From: Felis catus
Taxonomy: Eukaryota
Direction: 5' to 3'
Length of the DNA stretch: 64,000 nt
NCBI RefSeq assembly: GCF_018350175.1
Contig: NC_058383.1
Coordinates: forward strand, 3,658,001 to 3,722,000
Shown here in pieces: positions 61,523 through 64,000 of the stretch; position 1 is the first letter of the stretch; every line of letters begins with the position of its first letter. Below the pieces are notes generated by a model, which was not told where the DNA came from, did not search any database, and saw only the letters and a list, made by a program, of their open reading frames with translations. Position numbers and translations under genes: made by a program.

Positions 61523-61537
61523 TCTCTCAAAAAAAAC
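61315..61537 (+). mobile_element. Carnivore SINE, older subfamily
   Basis: gactcttgattttggctc, gctgagtgtggagcctgcttgggatt, long (CT)n. Confidence 0.92.
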
Positions 61538-61829
61538 TTGAAAACTAGATGTCCTACTGAACTTGTATTTGTGTTTCTATTGAAATCCATACTTAGAGAC
61601 AGAGAGAGAGTGTATATATATATGTATATATATTTTTTTCCTCAAGTGTACTCATTTTTTTTCTGGTGTGATTCTTACCTTTCATTTACTTGACCATTAA
61701 ATGTTCACGGCATGATTGTAACCTTTATTGTATCTTTGGCACAAAACCAGGTTTCTGTCTGTCGCAGTCCAGCTTGCGTTTCCGACGGCAAGGTGCTGGT
61801 TAGCACCCCCACACCCCTGGGCAGCTGGG

Positions 61830-62298
61830 TTTGGTGAAAACACCCTGGGCTTTGCCGGCTGTGTGGTCTCGATCTGACTGCCCACGCTGCCGTGTGGCCA
61901 AAAGCAGCCACAAGGTGGTACCTAAACCGGTGGGCGCGGCTGTGTTCCAACAAAACCTTATTTACGGACATTGAAATTTGAATTTCACATAGTTCTCACG
62001 TGTCACAAAATAGTATTCTTCTGGGTTTTTGTTTTGTTTCGTTTTCGCAACCATTGAAAAATGTACAGAGGCGTGTGGGTGGCTCGGTCGGTTGAGCGTC
62101 CGACTTCAGCTCAGGTCACGATCTCACGGCTCGTGTCAGCTGTGCTGACAGCTCAAAGCCCGGACCGGCTTCGGATTCCGTGTCTCCCTCTCTCTCTGCT
62201 CCTCCCCCGCTCGTGCTCTCTCTCAAAAATAAATAAACATTAGAAAATTAGAAGAAAAAAATGTATAAGCCATTCTCAGCTCACAGCCCATACAAAGT
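61830..62298 (+). mobile_element. MER58B (hAT-Charlie) interrupted by a SINE
   Basis: aaagcagcca...ggctgtgttccaacaaaac.ttattta.ggaca.tgaaatttgaatttca...cacgtgtcacaaaat...caaccatt.aaaaatgta...ccattctcagctc. Confidence 0.88.
62068..62256 (+). mobile_element. Carnivore SINE with a B-box-region deletion
   Basis: Head and (CT)n/A-tail present; TSD aaaaatgta(c/t)a. Confidence 0.9.
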
Positions 62299-62369
62299 GT
62301 CAGGTCAGATTACACTACATGAGGGCCCAAAAAAAAATGGTGAGGTAAGTGACAGCGAAGTTGCCCCTG

Positions 62370-62480
62370 CATCAATGAGGAAACTGAGGCATAGATTTTG
62401 AGTGACTCCGCAAGGTCAGACAGTCACGAGTGGCGTGGCAGCGATCGGGTCTGCCCCTGGAGCCCAGCTTCCAACACCGC
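62370..62480 (-). mobile_element. MIR fragment
   Basis: atgaggaaactgaggcataga...gagtgactc.gcaaggtca.acag. Confidence 0.75.
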
Positions 62481-64000
62481 ATGAGACTGGCCTCTGGCTA
62501 CTCTGTGTATTGTTATTGTGTATTTATCGATCGCTTTGCCACCTCGAGCATGATGTCATTAATTTATATGAAATTCTTCTCCAAGTGTTATGTTTTATTC
62601 CTGACGCTTCCAAAGCTCTCCATTACTGAACTTATTAACAACAAAGCAGCAGTCTGCGGTCAGTCGAGCAAATAGCCCGAAACCGTTGATGGCTTATTTT
62701 CTCCGACCCCAGGCTCAGAAGACATCATCGTTGTAATTACTTACGTATTTATTCCCATCCTACGACACCTCTACAAGAGTTTTAGGTAACTTACAGCATT
62801 GTAACCTCGTAAATTAATGAAGATGTTATAAATGGGTGATGTTAAATCTTTAAACATAAACCGTAAGGCCCGGACATGCTCTTTTAGGGGTTATTAATTT
62901 ACTTCTTTCTCTTGCCAACACGGGAGCAAGAAAAATAATTCACCCGCAGGCAAAGCCAAAGGTGGGATTGTCAGCCTTTGAAGACACACACCTCGAGTTT
63001 CTGGGAAGGTGCTGACAACTTCCTTCCATGAAGATTTCCTCACTCCCAGTCTGTTCTTTTTCTTTTCTTTTCTTTCTTTTTTTTTTTTTTTTCTCTAGCA
63101 AATTATTTGAGAAATTCCAAAAAATTACTGGACACAACCCTGCCGCAATCTGCCTCAGGACCTTTGTAGTCCTGTTCAAAACAATCTTTCCTTTGCAAAG
63201 CAGATGCCTTCTCCTCCAGGTCTTGGCTTGGGAAACCCTCCCTAAGCTCATTTTCCATCTGCTTCTCTCTTCCACTGCCTTTTCTCCTTTGTGGCCATTC
63301 AGAATCTGTAATTCCATGACTTATTCATGGTTCCCGAAGGCTTCCTCTGTCTCCTCCTCTACACTGGAGGCCTTGAGGGGACCGTGTCTGCTTTTCAGCA
63401 CTGTTTTCCTGACCCCTCACGCGGTGGCATCTTCTTGGAAACACTGGAGGAGAGAGACACTGGGAAGGTTAGCGAAGGCACCCACGTTGCAGACTGAGCC
63501 ACCAAGAATGTCCACAGAGGCCACCAAGGAAGGCGATGTTTGCAGGAGGTGACAGGCTGAGTAGAGAGTGACTTTCACGAGGCAGGAACTTCGTTTCCTC
63601 TTTCTTCTCTCAGCTGTGATAGCTTCTTGGATTCTTCCCTCCTTTGTTCCCATAGCAGAAGCCTCCCATCTGGGGATGCTGTTGGGGTGCATTTCCTAAC
63701 TTCCCCCACCTCACACGGGCACCCACGTGCCCCTATCTAGTGTCAGTTTGTCCTAAATTCCCTGCGTTCAAACTGAGCTAAGACACAAAAGTGAGAAGGA
63801 AAAAAAATAAATAAAACCAGTTAATGTGTCGGGGAATATATTTATTCCTGTGCTATCCTAGAGATGGGCTGAGAGGTCATTTCAAATAATTATCACCCTG
63901 ATAATTGAGCAGATGGCAATCACCAAATCAGGCAGTTCCCCACCAGTCGGCTTCTCTAGCTAATTCACCTTCATGCCTGGGCAATTTGTTCTAACGAGAT

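Noticed and set aside
2329..62256. Recurrent MAQSVERPTSAQ-like ORFs and apparent tRNA A/B boxes
   Set aside because: All map to carnivore SINE bodies; they are neither proteins nor tRNA genes
1..64000. Naming the species, chromosome or host gene
   Set aside because: The SINE type supports a felid only; no exon was recognised to anchor the locus, and small exons or lncRNAs could be missed

Overview
Non-coding mammalian DNA, almost certainly from a felid (cat-family) genome. About 25 tRNA-derived carnivore SINEs are present, most of the SINEC_Fc type and most with readable target-site duplications (TSDs). They sit on an older background of MaLR (MLT1) and ERVL LTRs, L1/L2/MIR fragments and DNA-transposon fossils (MER20, MER82, MER58, MER3). 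I found no credible protein-coding exon, RNA gene or CRISPR array; the ORF track is explained by repeats and chance. Most notable: (1) a near full-length hAT-Blackjack-type transposon fossil (42842-46457) with both termini and a readable but dead transposase, split by four SINEs; (2) a 14-bp-unit minisatellite of ~107 units with a 266-bp higher-order repeat (29529-31025); (3) an adjacent CpG-island-like block that is really a MER82 plus an MLT1 LTR shifted strongly towards GC; (4) a 1.1-kb polypurine tract; (5) a ~205-bp element present twice in opposite orientation that I cannot assign to a family. Family names come from recalled consensus sequences, not a database search. I do not see strong evidence for a new biological system.
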